Assembly (NCBI RefSeq): GCF_963506605.1
Contig: NC_083277.1
Span: 74,214,001-74,278,000, forward strand
Source: Zootoca vivipara
Taxonomy: Eukaryota
DNA: 64,000 nt
Reading direction: 5' to 3'
Each line of letters begins with the position of its first letter. Position 1 is the stretch's first letter. The notes under the pieces are model-generated. The model ran no database searches, was not told the origin of the DNA, and saw nothing but the letters and a program-made list of their open reading frames with translations. Position numbers and translations under genes: made by a program. Positions 22,732 to 35,225 of this stretch are shown piece after piece.

Positions 22732-25700
22732 TCATACAGTAATTTCTCCATTCCTTTCTCATAACCCATTATCATGGCTAGGTATTAAATTGCATCAACC
22801 TAACCAGTGTTTCTACTACAATCAAGATTTTGAAGCCGTTCGGCAAACCATAGGCACAATGGGAACATTGGTTAACATGAAACAGTGTTAAGGTCAGTGC
22901 CGACGTAGTTATTAACCATAATGATGGGGGCAGTAAAAGGGAGAATTCTCACGAGAGAGAAGGCAGCTTACAAGTCTGTGGCCCATTCCCAGGAACTACT
23001 GGCCATCTTAATTCATCCACCAACCATTTATTCCATGTTATTATATGGTTTTATGCTAATTTGTCTCCTGGTGCAACTTTTATATTAATTGATTTGGTTG
23101 ACTGTATTCATATTTTATTTATCTGAAATCTGTGAACTGCCTAAGGGACATGATTAATTGGGTAGTATATGTGACAAAAATACATTAAAGATTTTTTTAA
23201 AATTTCTTCTTTAGTTGCTAGTTTGTTAGTAACCATTCCCCTCTCAACGTTTACAGGCTTTCAGTGCCTGCAAGTCAGTGGTGCTCGGATCCAGAGGCAA
23301 TGGTGGGAAGAACAATGGATGTGACCTTAGTACAGTGGGATGCATTCCAGCCAAATGAAAGTCAGTGGCTTCTACATTCCAGTCAGCCAGGAAGAGGTAT
23401 GATCACAGTTCAATGACATATTCCTGCTAACCAGAATCACCCAGAGAGGGGCTGTGGCATGGGAGAGTCCCACGGTCCATGATTAGGGCCTGGGGTTCTC
23501 TATCCCTGACCTTAAGGCAATAGCCTCTGAGGAAAAGAATAATTATCATGTCTCCAGCCTGCCTACAATCAACTCTAGCTTTGTTCGTTTGTTTCAAGGG
23601 GTGCTTCAAAATTTTCAGTGTTGGAAACGTATAATCAAATGTCTTGATGTGGGTTATCTGTAGGAGGTTTAGTAACGCGGTCATACCCCATTTATGTATC
23701 CCTCTAGTGCCATCAGTTTTATATTTTTATATTTTTATTATCCCTCTGATGCCTTCAGTTTTATATGTTTATCTTTGTATTGAGAAATGTTTTTTTTATT
23801 TCTGACTATCGGTCGAATAAAGTATATTGAGATAATTTTCAGTGGTCAAAGTCTGACATGATTACTTCTTATGTGATGAATGTAACACTCAGTCAGATAT
23901 GAATTGAGCTATCTGTGCTATCATTATCCGGTGTGCCAATCCAATTTCATGGGATTCAGAATGTTTTCTAGAGTTGTAGTGTGAGTCTATTTTTAAAACT
24001 TCGCAAGCAACAAAGGCTTCTGACAATTATCTCACATTTGAAAGGAAATGCCACCTTGAAAAATAACTTGTAGTATACAGAAATATTTATATCCCCATAT
24101 ACCCAGTAATGAGTTGATGAATAGCTTTACAGAGTCACATCTTACATCTTTTTGGGATGCTTATTAAAAAAAAACTATGAAGAGTTACAGTACATAGCCT
24201 CTTAAAAGCGTGCAATGACAAAATAGCACAACTGAACTATAATAAATATTTCACATTAAATAGCTAAAATGCATACATGGAATGTTAAGAACTTTGACAG
24301 CAATTCTATTTTAGATTATGTCTATTTGGAGGGCAATTAACCTAGATTACTTATTTATGAAAGGAACCCATGTCCCTTTTCTGCAGTTCTTATCAGGATG
24401 AAGCACCTAAAAGCACACAGAATATTTCCCAGACCAAGCAGTTCTGATTGCTATGACAAGGTGACTGCAGATTCAGTTGAGTAAGACATTGACACAGTTT
24501 GCATGTAATGCTAAGCCAACCCATGGCTAAAGGCGAATGTGTAAGCATATACCGTATGTATTCACAGCAAAGATGGCAGCAACTTCACTCCTCTGGTCAT
24601 CCTACTGCCATGCTTCCTGGAGCAAAGCCATGGTCTGGCATGGCATGGCATCAATCCAAATCGAGACTCATGGTGGTTTGCGTTCCCCAGACAAGTCATG
24701 AGCTGCAAGTCCCACACACACACCCAAACAAACCATTAGCTACAGCTTATGGTTTGTCTGAAGCAAGACAAATCACAAGCCCAGGTTCAGATGTAATGCT
24801 AAGCCAAACCATGGTTAAGCTCCAGGCAGTGTGGCAGCAGGCAAAGCAGGCACACAGATGAGGCAGGGTGAAGCAGCTGCCTCAGGTGGCAGAAATGCAA
24901 GAGGCAGCACCCAGCCTGCCCCACTGCTTCTGCCGCCACTGGAACGCCCCACTCTCACCTTGTTTCGGCAAAAGTGGGGAGTTCCACCACTCTGCTTTGC
25001 TGCTGGTCTCTCTCTGCCCCTGGGGGCAGAAGGAGGCCCATGGGAAAGTTCGCTGCAGGGCACGGAGTCTCAGCATGGGGGGAAAGCCCTTCCTACATCC
25101 CACCACCACCACCAGTGGAGTAGAAAGAGAAAAAGCCCTTGCAGAGCCTCATACATACACACCCCAAGTGTGGGGGGCGGCAGCAGGGCATTTAGTCTGA
25201 AACACCAAAATGCTTTGGACTGCCCCTGGAAGCAGGAGGACCAGGGGAGGTATGAAACAGCTGCAATTTTTGCTACAAGTAGTCACATGCTCACACATTC
25301 ATGTTTAGCCAGGCCATTAGCCAGTTGTGGATACTCAAATGAGGAACTGAAAGTTATCTGAACCAAATTCAAAGGTACTCCTCCCAAGAAGCAAGGTACA
25401 GAATATACAGTCCTTGGAAAGGCTCTGAAACCCAACAACAGTATCATGTAACTGAAATCAAACAATAAGGTATGTCCGTTGCTACTGTTCAAGGCATGGG
25501 AGTTACCTGGTTACATCACACCACTTGATAAGTTGTGTTTTCTATAGGCTGGTTCCACCCAGCATAATGTAAGTTATATACTTGATATCAGTATAAGCCT
25601 GGAGGGTAATTAATTACAAAGATAGGACATTTTTGTCCTTGCACATGAGGCAACATGGTTATATATTAAGATTCTCTTTCACATGGTTTAAGGCCATGGC

Positions 25701-27119
25701 GCAGGAAGCTAACTGAAACTGGATTTGGCTCTCTTCTCTTTGAGGAAAGACCATACCTGCTGCTCAGGTCCCCCATATGTTTCACCTGGATAATTTATTC
25801 TCCACCCTGAATAGCTATTTGGGTTTGGTGACAGTGGTAGCTACTGCTTTCACCCCAGAAGTGGGTAGAAGCAACTCTGGCTAGCCACTGTGTCAAGCAT
25901 TTTGGAATTCTTTGTGACAAGAAGAACTATTAAAGGGTAAGTTAATTCCATTACTACCAGCAACCTAGACAATAGAAGAAATTTAGTTTCCAGGAAGGTC
26001 GTAAATCTGCTCTAGCCATGCCAAGACCAGTGATGAACTAGAGCAAAAGCCTTGGACAAAGTAGATAAATAAGGGAGTCTGACACATAAAACCCCAAGAC
26101 ATGCAAGTTAAGATTATTGCTTAAGCACTGACCCTAAACAAGACAAATGTCTTGCTTAACATGCTGCTTCTAGGAGGTTGTACATTAATATCTTTCAGGT
26201 ATGTTTTGATTCAAACCATTTTCAGAACAGAAGAATGGTTATTTATGTGACTTCATCAATTCCTCAAGCTGTACCATTTTCAGCTGATAGAAGCATTGTT
26301 CATTTTGTCAGACAGCAGACATTTATTAATTTATTCTCTACATCCAGAGTAGGCAGTATGTGTACCCACCAAGATGTTTCTGACAAAGTTTTCAATGTCA
26401 AAGTGTCAATGTCAGAATTTACAAGATTTCAGCAGTGAATTTGGACTAGGAGTATCATCCATTCTGCATCATGCACAGATTAACTGGAGTCTGCAGGAAC
26501 ACAAAATGCTCAATGATAACAAATAATTTTGTCATCACATATGCAAGAGTTTAAAATATTTCGAATCAACTTCAAGTCTGAAAAATGGGGAGTCAGGCCA
26601 TTTCTATATCCCTAATTACTAGTAGTATAGTTCCCCATTGTTGAGGCCTCAGCCTGCTATTGGGCCTGGTTGTTCCTAGGAACTCTTGAACCAATCCATA
26701 TACAGTAATGGGAAATATAGTTACCACGGTCAAAGAGGCCACCCATTTCACCAGGCTTAGGAGCAGAGATGGAACATGGGAACTACCTTTCCCATAATTC
26801 CATGAGTCATTGAAAAGAAGTTAATTATGGAGTGGAACCAGTGCATTTGGCCTGTCCCAAGTTATCTGGACCTTAAACTTCAATTCAGTGGCAAATTCTG
26901 CACCATCTTGTTCTTTAGGTGTATCACAATATAGAGGAACCACAATGAAACAACACTGAATGGCATCTTCATCCAAACCAAAATTCATCACTTCTGTAAC
27001 TTATACGCTTAGCTCACTTTTTCCACCAGCTTACCAGACAGACAGTACATACTCTAGGGCTAGGTCAGTTGGTTACATTGTACTCCAACAAAACTCCTAA
27101 TATTCAAAAGACTCTTGTA

Positions 27120-27536
27120 CAGTGGTACCTCGGTTTATGAACACAATTGGTTCCGGAAGTCTGTTCATAAACTGAAGCGTTCATAAACTGAAGCGAACTT
27201 TCCCATTGAAAGTAATGGAAGGTGGATTAATCCGTTCCAGACGGTCCGCGGAGTAACCGTTCATAAACTGAAGCGAACTTTTCCATTGAAAGTAATGGAA
27301 AGTGGATTAATCCGTTCCAGACGGGTCCGCGAAGTACTTAAACTGAAGCGTTCATAAACTGAAACATGGGTGTAATTGGTTCCGGAAGTCTGTTCATAAA
27401 CTGAAGCGTTCATAAACTGAAGCGAACTTTCCCATTAAAAGTAATGGAAAGTGAATTAATCCGTTCCAGATGGGTCCGCGGTGTTCATAAACCGAAAATT
27501 CATAAACCGAGGTGTTCATAAACCGAGGTTCCACTG
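27120..27536. mobile_element. Tc1/mariner (Tigger-like) MITE with internal ~80-bp tandem duplications
   Basis: TIR cagtggt/aacctcggtttatgaac; TA TSD at 27118-19 and 27537-38; repeated ttcataaactgaagcgaactttcccattgaaagtaatggaa blocks. Confidence 0.9.
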
Positions 27537-27947
27537 TATATCTTGTTGGTATAACAGGATTGCCCAACACTGTAAAATATCATACTGAGGAAAATAGGCC
27601 AACAGGGTAGGTGCATTTTACATATCTTCAGATAAGGCTTCAATTTTAAATCACATTTTAAAAGTGTTACTAATCTGAAGCCACTTCAGAAAGCAATGTT
27701 GGAAAACATGGCCTGTGTTTTTAAGTGGTATTATGCCAAGGAGGCCATTAAGCACACACAAATGTTTTACTGACGGCTTCCTCTTGCAGAAAAAGAAAAA
27801 GGAGGTCCAGAGTCTGGACAAACGAACAAATAGGAGGGGGAAGTACCGGTAACTGCTTTAGCTATTCTATAAATACTTGAACTTCATACTTTGTGCAAGT
27901 ATGTCAGCCTAATTATTTATTGCAGGAAAAGAGTAATCCAAGTTTAC

Positions 27948-28029
27948 CTTTCAGTGAATCACTTTCAGCTCTCATTATGTCAATTAGTGAGTTCTCCAGT
28001 GAATGCATGTCAAAAGTTCTTGTGCGATC
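27948..28029 (-). CDS. CPEB4: CPEB4 exon 2, 82 nt, phase 0-1: DRTRTFDMHSLENSLIDIMRAESDSLK(G)
   Basis: Acceptor tgtgttttacttgcag| and donor AAAG|gtaaac; conserved CPEB2-4 motif HSLE.SLIDIMRAE. Confidence 0.97.
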
Positions 28030-31000
28030 CTGCAAGTAAAACACAAATACCAGTTTAAAGAGAATGCTACTAAGAACTACCCAAAAACCTTTTCAAATCA
28101 GATTTTTTTAAAGCAGCAATTTACGGTAATAAAATACTCAGAATCAGCTTATATTGATTAGAGCAAAGCAAACTATTAATGGTTTGGAGAACAGTTTCTA
28201 AGCAGTGGAAGCTGCAGCGTTTACTAAAGTTAAGTGGGTATACAGTGGATCAGTCCCTTGGAGCACAATAATATTGAAACAAAAGTACTGTAAGGAAGTC
28301 AAGGTTATCTGAACCTAATTCAGAGGTACTCCTACCAAGAAACAAGATACAGACAGAATATATAATGTCTGCATCGTTTGAGTAAATATTTTTCATATGT
28401 AGCATAAAGATTGCTTTAACGCAATTTAGTTTGATTTAATATTTGCATGTCACTTTTGCAATGAAGTTGAACTCAAAGTGGCTCACAATAACAAAGCAAT
28501 AAAAACAAGTGAACAGCATTTTGATCAATACGATAATATCAAATACATAATAAGTAAGGCAAAACCAGTTCTACAAATAATGCAGTTCAAAACAACCTCA
28601 CATTTAAAAAAATATTCAAAAAGATTTTTTATCAGTATTTAAGGCAAATCAAGACCTAGTGAAAAGCATTTCAGAATTCACTGTCACTAAATGATGACCT
28701 TAAATATGTTGTGTGTTTTAGACAACACTTTCTCTCATATAAAATCCCACTACTTTTAGGGATCTCCAGTAGGCTACCTTTCCATGGATAATTAGATACG
28801 TGTACCCAAAATGCGGATTTTCCAGTGTAGTATGGCAGCTCTGGAATACTTTCTTGGGGAGGCCTCCAAGGCTACATCATATGGTGTTAGCTGTCAACTG
28901 AACACTTACTTATTTTAGAATACATTTTAGTTCTCAAGTCTCAACTGGATAGTTTTGCTCTCATTGTATGTAATTATATTGATATTTTGCATTGATATTT
29001 TGCTGTGTGTTTTGTTAGGTTGTTGTAAACTACCTTAAGCACATTCAGGATGGAAATGCAGTTTAAATCCAAAATATATTGAAGCAAATTTAAGACAGTC
29101 AAGAGCTACCACCAGTCCTGTTTGGAAAGTAGAATCACAATATGTGAATAAACAAAATAATAAAAATACAACGCTATCTGATGCAAGGCCCTGTTTGCCA
29201 AATTTCATCAGCTTGACACATCAAATGCTGATTTAAAACCACAGACTTCAAGCCTCAGTAAAAGTAGTTTCAAAAAACAATTATATTTAGTTCTTTATGC
29301 AATTAGAGTAAAACATAACTAGTTAATCATTTCCAAACACTCACATTGATATAAACAAAGTGGTGAAACAGTCCAAGTGGGAATCATCCTTACTGATCTA
29401 AATTTTTACTCTACTGATAATATATATTCAGGCTTGTATCCCCCCCCCATGTTATACAAAGGTATAAATAATTCTTTTTAAATATGAAGCATTTTTAAAT
29501 ATTACAAACAACTTTTTATGACCATAATCTCAAAACCATCCTCTTAGCATTCAAAGCCCAAAGAGCTCATCTATTTACTTGAAATGCAGCAGTGCAGTAC
29601 ATAATGTCATTTGCTCTGTGCTATAGTTATCAGTAGTTTCTGGTCAGATGCAGTTCAATAAAAACTGCAAGTCTTAGAATTCTACTTACTTCAAATATTG
29701 GTATTCCACATTACCTAGTGTTCCAGATAACAAGAGTACACTGCATATGTTGAAATTCCATTCAGTGTAGTGAGACCAACATTGGAATTTACATAGATAT
29801 TTAACTGAGGCACAATGATTTGCAGTGAAGGCATTACCATGTTGTCATCTGTAACACACTTCCCACGTATTTCTCACATACAATAGCCAAAACCATCACT
29901 TAGCACGCACTTTCATAGTTCAGTCTTGACTGAAACAACAAATACCCAGCTAAACAGAAAGTTCAATGTTGTGTCATCTGGAGGAGGTAGAGCACTCTAG
30001 AGGAGCCAGCCACTGATGCTGCAATGTGCATCATGCATGATGTCACATGCGTGCGACATGCACCAGGCCTCCTCAACAATATCCAACAAATATTCAGAGG
30101 GGTGAAGACATCTTGCCCCCACCCCGAAGAGTTGGCATACCTGCTAAGATGTGCCCACTGGTTTATATTTCAAATTTCTCATTCTTGTTTTAATGGGTAT
30201 AACATTAGTCCCAGGTAGTTTATTTAAACTCACCTACCTAAAAAAATAAAAAAATGTTTTCTTCCCTAGAGGAAAGTATTATGAACTTACTCGGGACATG
30301 GGATTAGCAGCGAGGCTTTGTTTAACTATGCATACGAGCCCTGCTTGCAGTTCTTGCCTCCCTACCCTTGAGGTCAAGCTGTAATTTTCCAAGGTCAGTA
30401 GAGACCTGCCAAGTTACAAGTTTAAATACCAGCTCATCTCTTACACCCATTTTCAAGAGGCCAGGTAAGTAATAAAAGCATGGCAATCCAATAGTTGAAA
30501 TGAAATTTGGTATATATATTTTTAAAATATAATTCTCCATCAAAACTTGCTTTAACCCACCCCCCCCCCTCCATAAGGGAAAAGATTAAAAGTAAATTGT
30601 TAAGCCAATGCTTGAAACAACAGACCTTGTTGATGCTGAGCTTTGCTAGTATACACGGTTTTCGAGTTTAAAATGCATATCCTTCTCAATTTCTTACCCC
30701 CTTATTTCCTTACTGCCTCCCTAGGATCAGATGAAAATGAGAAAGGTCTATGTATCTGCACACTGATGTTGAAGACTGTTATGCAATTGGTCTTAGAGAA
30801 GGTAATGTGGCTTAGTATACAGTTTTGGACTTTGACTAGATTGTGATCAGCATGTTCTAAAGTCAGAAAGAAGGAACAGAAGGAAGTCAAAAACTTGTGA
30901 AAAATAGAAGAGAGCTCTTTTGGTCCCTAATACCTGTCACTCAAATGGAGGGGCCTACACAGGTTCCATCTTCTCAACCAGGAAAGATAACCTTAGTTCA

Positions 31001-34000
31001 CCCATGGTAAAAAAATAAAAATAAAAGGCAACAAGTTATCTCACAAAACAACAAAGAGAGACTATAAAAGCATGGTCCGCATTCCAAGGCAATGCATAAT
31101 TAAGTTTTTAGAACATTTTAAAAATGCTTTTTTCCATTTTAGTTAGAACGCTACTTACTCTTATCATATATGCTAAGTACGGTGGAGAACTCATGGGTTC
31201 TGCTGTGGGTCAGCAGAGCTCATGCCTGAGACAGACATTATCCTCCCATTTAATATAATACTATTCAAACTGACAGCACTTGCAAGTTTCTGCACCAGCC
31301 AAAACTCACGTGATTGAGTAAAAAAAAAAAACTATTTAGTTTTGAACATCAAGCATTAGAACAGAACATCAAGGAAAGGTTTGAAGATCTTTGGAATTAG
31401 TCATCCAGTTGTCATAATTAATGAGTTGTGAGCATCAAGTAGGTGTGATGCCAGTTTTAGACCTGCCACATCTTGCAACAGTATCTGTATTCATGTCTCA
31501 AGAAAAGTTATGAAGACATTCAAGTCACTGTGTAAAAACACAGGGAGATCCAGGAAAGCATAGTTTTGACAAGTGATCATTTCTTACAACCTGTTTCAGC
31601 AGACATATACTGTACTTAAAAGCCAATGAGAGTCTGACCATTCTTAGGAGATACAAGAAATTCCTATGAGATGAACTCAGCAGCCTTTCACCAAACCTAA
31701 CTTACATATGGATATAATGACTGGGTAAGAAGATGGGTGATGAGCAGGTTGCCACTACATGACTTACAGGAACTAATAGGGCACTGTCTATTTTTACAGA
31801 CTTTTGGCTTCACACTGTTCCTTCTTATTTAATGTAAAACACATAATCTCATCATATTCTCAACTATTCTGGCACCTCCCACCTCTAGGAAGACCTCAAC
31901 CTATTTTCTTTTCTTGTCAAAGGGAGGCTGACATGTCTATAGTTAGTGGTATTCTTCCATAACAATTTCTTAACATTCTGTATAGACAGATCATACTACA
32001 TCTTTCCTGGAATATTCTTCATATTTAATCAATATCTTGAAATTTAAGCCAGGATAGCTTTATAGAAAAAATGTACCGTATTAAGGTGCCATATGCACAG
32101 TTCTGAAATAAAACATGCCTTATGGCCAAGAAGAAATAGAATATAGTACGTCCCTGCTACCCAATTCAAGAAAAGTTGCTTCACACTTGCAAAGGATGGG
32201 TCCATCAATATGCAGAGTGGGTGGTCATGCTTTCTGCTAGTTAAGAAGGAGTATGTCTGAAGACATCTGATAAGCATGCAACTAGGAGCCTAAAGCCTCG
32301 TCCACACTTCCACTTGTCCCATGCCTAGCTCAGAAAATGATTTGTGCTTTGGCAAAACCATATTTTCCCTTGTGTTTGTTAAGCATTGTTCTCTTAAAAA
32401 CTTGGGTGTCCAGGAGTAACCTTCAGAGTGGTTTCCCCCACTGCAACAAGCAGTTAAAAGGAGAGTGTAAGTCAGTTGCAATTCTACTTTCTGTCTCACG
32501 TTTTAACACTCAAGAACAAAATCTATTTATCTCTGTGATGCAAATGTTGGCATCATTGTGGGAGCGGTGCTCAGGGGTAGGGCACCATTTTTTTTTAACC
32601 CTAAGAGAGCTGCTGCTAGCTGGAGTAGTAGATAGGGCTTAATATGCCAATGCAGAGCTTCGCATGTTCATTCTGAAGTGGTACAGTACAAGAGGGCTAC
32701 CATACAACATGGCTCTTACTTCTTTTTCTATATAATAGGAATAGTGTGCTCTTGTCCAGGTCCCCTGGAAATTGAGCCAGTTTTCTCCAGCCAAAGGACC
32801 ATTTATTCTGGGGTTGCTTTTATTCTGGTGTGGATGGGGAAGTACAAAAACAGATTCAATGTTTGTCAAATATGAGGAGTAGTTGCATAGCTTCCCTTTA
32901 AAATAAACACATATTGACTCTAATGGGGGGGTGAAAACAATGGTCATTGCCCTCCCCCAATATCCCATTGGACACCACATCAAGTCACTGTGCTAACCTC
33001 AAAATACCTACATAAATGAATTAATCAAGACTGATGACTATATGGGCATAATAAATAAGTAAACAGGTGACCAGCAGCACAATAAAGCATGAGTACTTGG
33101 GTTTATTTACTGCAGTTTGCTATAATATATCTGTAGTTTTGCTTTAACAGATGGTTCAAAGGATACTGAATTGGAAAGTCTACAATGAACAAGCAAGTAA
33201 TTGTGCTAATAAGAGCCTGGCTAATAAAGATTACATTACTAAATAACAGTATTCTACCACTAAAGAATAGAAGGCTGTCGACTGATAAGGAAATAGCAGC
33301 TGTTTCTCAGAGACATACCAGTATCATCATGCATTTTGTACATTTAGTCAAGATGCAAGACACTTCTAAGTAATTAATTAAACCTCACAGGTTTAAAAAG
33401 ATTTTTGCAAAAGTAAACACTGATGGTAGTAAGCATCAGATATTTGCTTAATATACACTAAAGGGTGTCAGTTAATATTCTGCACTGTGCTATAACAGCT
33501 TCATTTGAAAGAGAAATAAAATGGTTGGTGTCTTTCCTCAAGGTTGAAATCATTTTGAAACATGTGCCATTGCTTATCAGCCTCCAAAAAGACAAGGGGA
33601 CATATTTTAATGCAGAGATTGCACAACTGAGCCAAATTTGCAGGAGTTCTTGTTCCACACACTGGTACCAATCCATAACTTCCATTTTAAAATTGTGTGG
33701 GTGTGCATGCATGCGCATACACACACACCAGCCTGAATCATACTTCAGACTACATAAAGGCTCTCTTTAAGAGAAAAAACCTGAAAGGACTATTAAAGAT
33801 TGCATACTCCTGAGGTTTCCTGCATACAGAGCGTGCATTGTGATACTCTTGAACATACAGTATTAGAAATAGGAGTCACAAATAATTATGGCACATCTCT
33901 GCTTTCAAGAAGCTTTGATGCAAACACAACTTTAGAACTTCAGCAATTTTTCCTGCAGTAGGCAGTGAAATCTTGTTCTGGATTCAGGCAGAGTGCTTGC

Positions 34001-35202
34001 ACTTTCAAAACTAAACTTGCTACCATCTGTGTTCCCCAAGCACAGTAATACTTAAAATGGGAGATCCCTTCCAGTGCTCATTTGATGGGAGGTTTGGGCA
34101 GCCCTTATTGAAATCCACAGGCTCTGCTCTCTGAATATCTCTACTTTTAGCCAAATAATGTCTCCATAAGTTTTTTTAAAAATAGTCACTATTAGGATGT
34201 CACATACGGTAAGGATTCTGGACCCCTGTAATTCAAGCAGTGGCACTAGGTTCTGCAGTTGTATAAAAATTCAGTGGTGCAAGAAGAACATAAAATTATG
34301 ACATCTACATTTTTGTGTAACCCCTTGCACCATATGGCATCCCTATGCTTGTACGATTTCATTCTACTCTTACTGGGTAGAACATGCATACACGCAGACT
34401 AAGGGTCACAATGTGTCACAGTTTACCCATATCACCTGATAGTTACTGCTGAATGTTTCTATATTGTGTTTCCCAGGGTGAAGCAATCTAATCCATAAAT
34501 TGCCAACATGAATGCCAAACACTGTAGAATCAAAAGCCTGTCTGGGTGTGACAAACTTGCTTGTAGCAAAGGCTGTGGTGTGTCTTTTCAAGTGAGAGTT
34601 CTTTGAAGATTAAGGCTTCAGTAACAATGTTTGCTGATGATGTAAGCAATTTAATTGAAGCATTGTTTAAAGAATAAGCATATGTTAACTCATCATATTT
34701 TATGCTCTGCTCTTGTACATATAAACACACCTGAATTTAAAAACAAGTCTTGGGTTTCTGAAACCTGTCTGAAAACTATTATTTAAATAATCCTTATCAC
34801 CTAAGAGGTATCCTAGATAAGTAGTTCTTCCTCGCTCATGTCTACCACTCTGAAAAATGCAGGACAAGGAGAGGAGCAAAAGGAATATAAATATTTCTTT
34901 TTATACAGACCAGCAATACTGCTTCAGCCCCTCTCATCATGGTTGGTACCTTGTCTCTACCATTACCTTCCTTCTACAGCTCTTTCAATGACATGATTTT
35001 AAAAAGAGGTTCTTAAATGCACTGAAATTTTGGCTATATTAAAGAAGAAGTAGGGAAAATATTGCAAAAGCCTTTATTGCTTAAGCAAAAACCACCTGAC
35101 TCTTGCTGAACAACTTTTGAGTTTTATGGGTTGGAGTGACTTGTTCATGTTCTCCCAGTCTGATTCTAGGTAAAACTTGCACATGTATAGCCAGTTTTTA
35201 AA

Positions 35203-35225
35203 ATAATAATAATAATAATAATAAT
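35203..35225. repeat. (AAT)n microsatellite
   Basis: Direct reading. Confidence 0.8.

Noticed and set aside
24499-25361. 120-176 aa ORFs in a GC-richer intronic patch
   Set aside because: No recognisable domain; they overlap degenerate transposon-like sequence.
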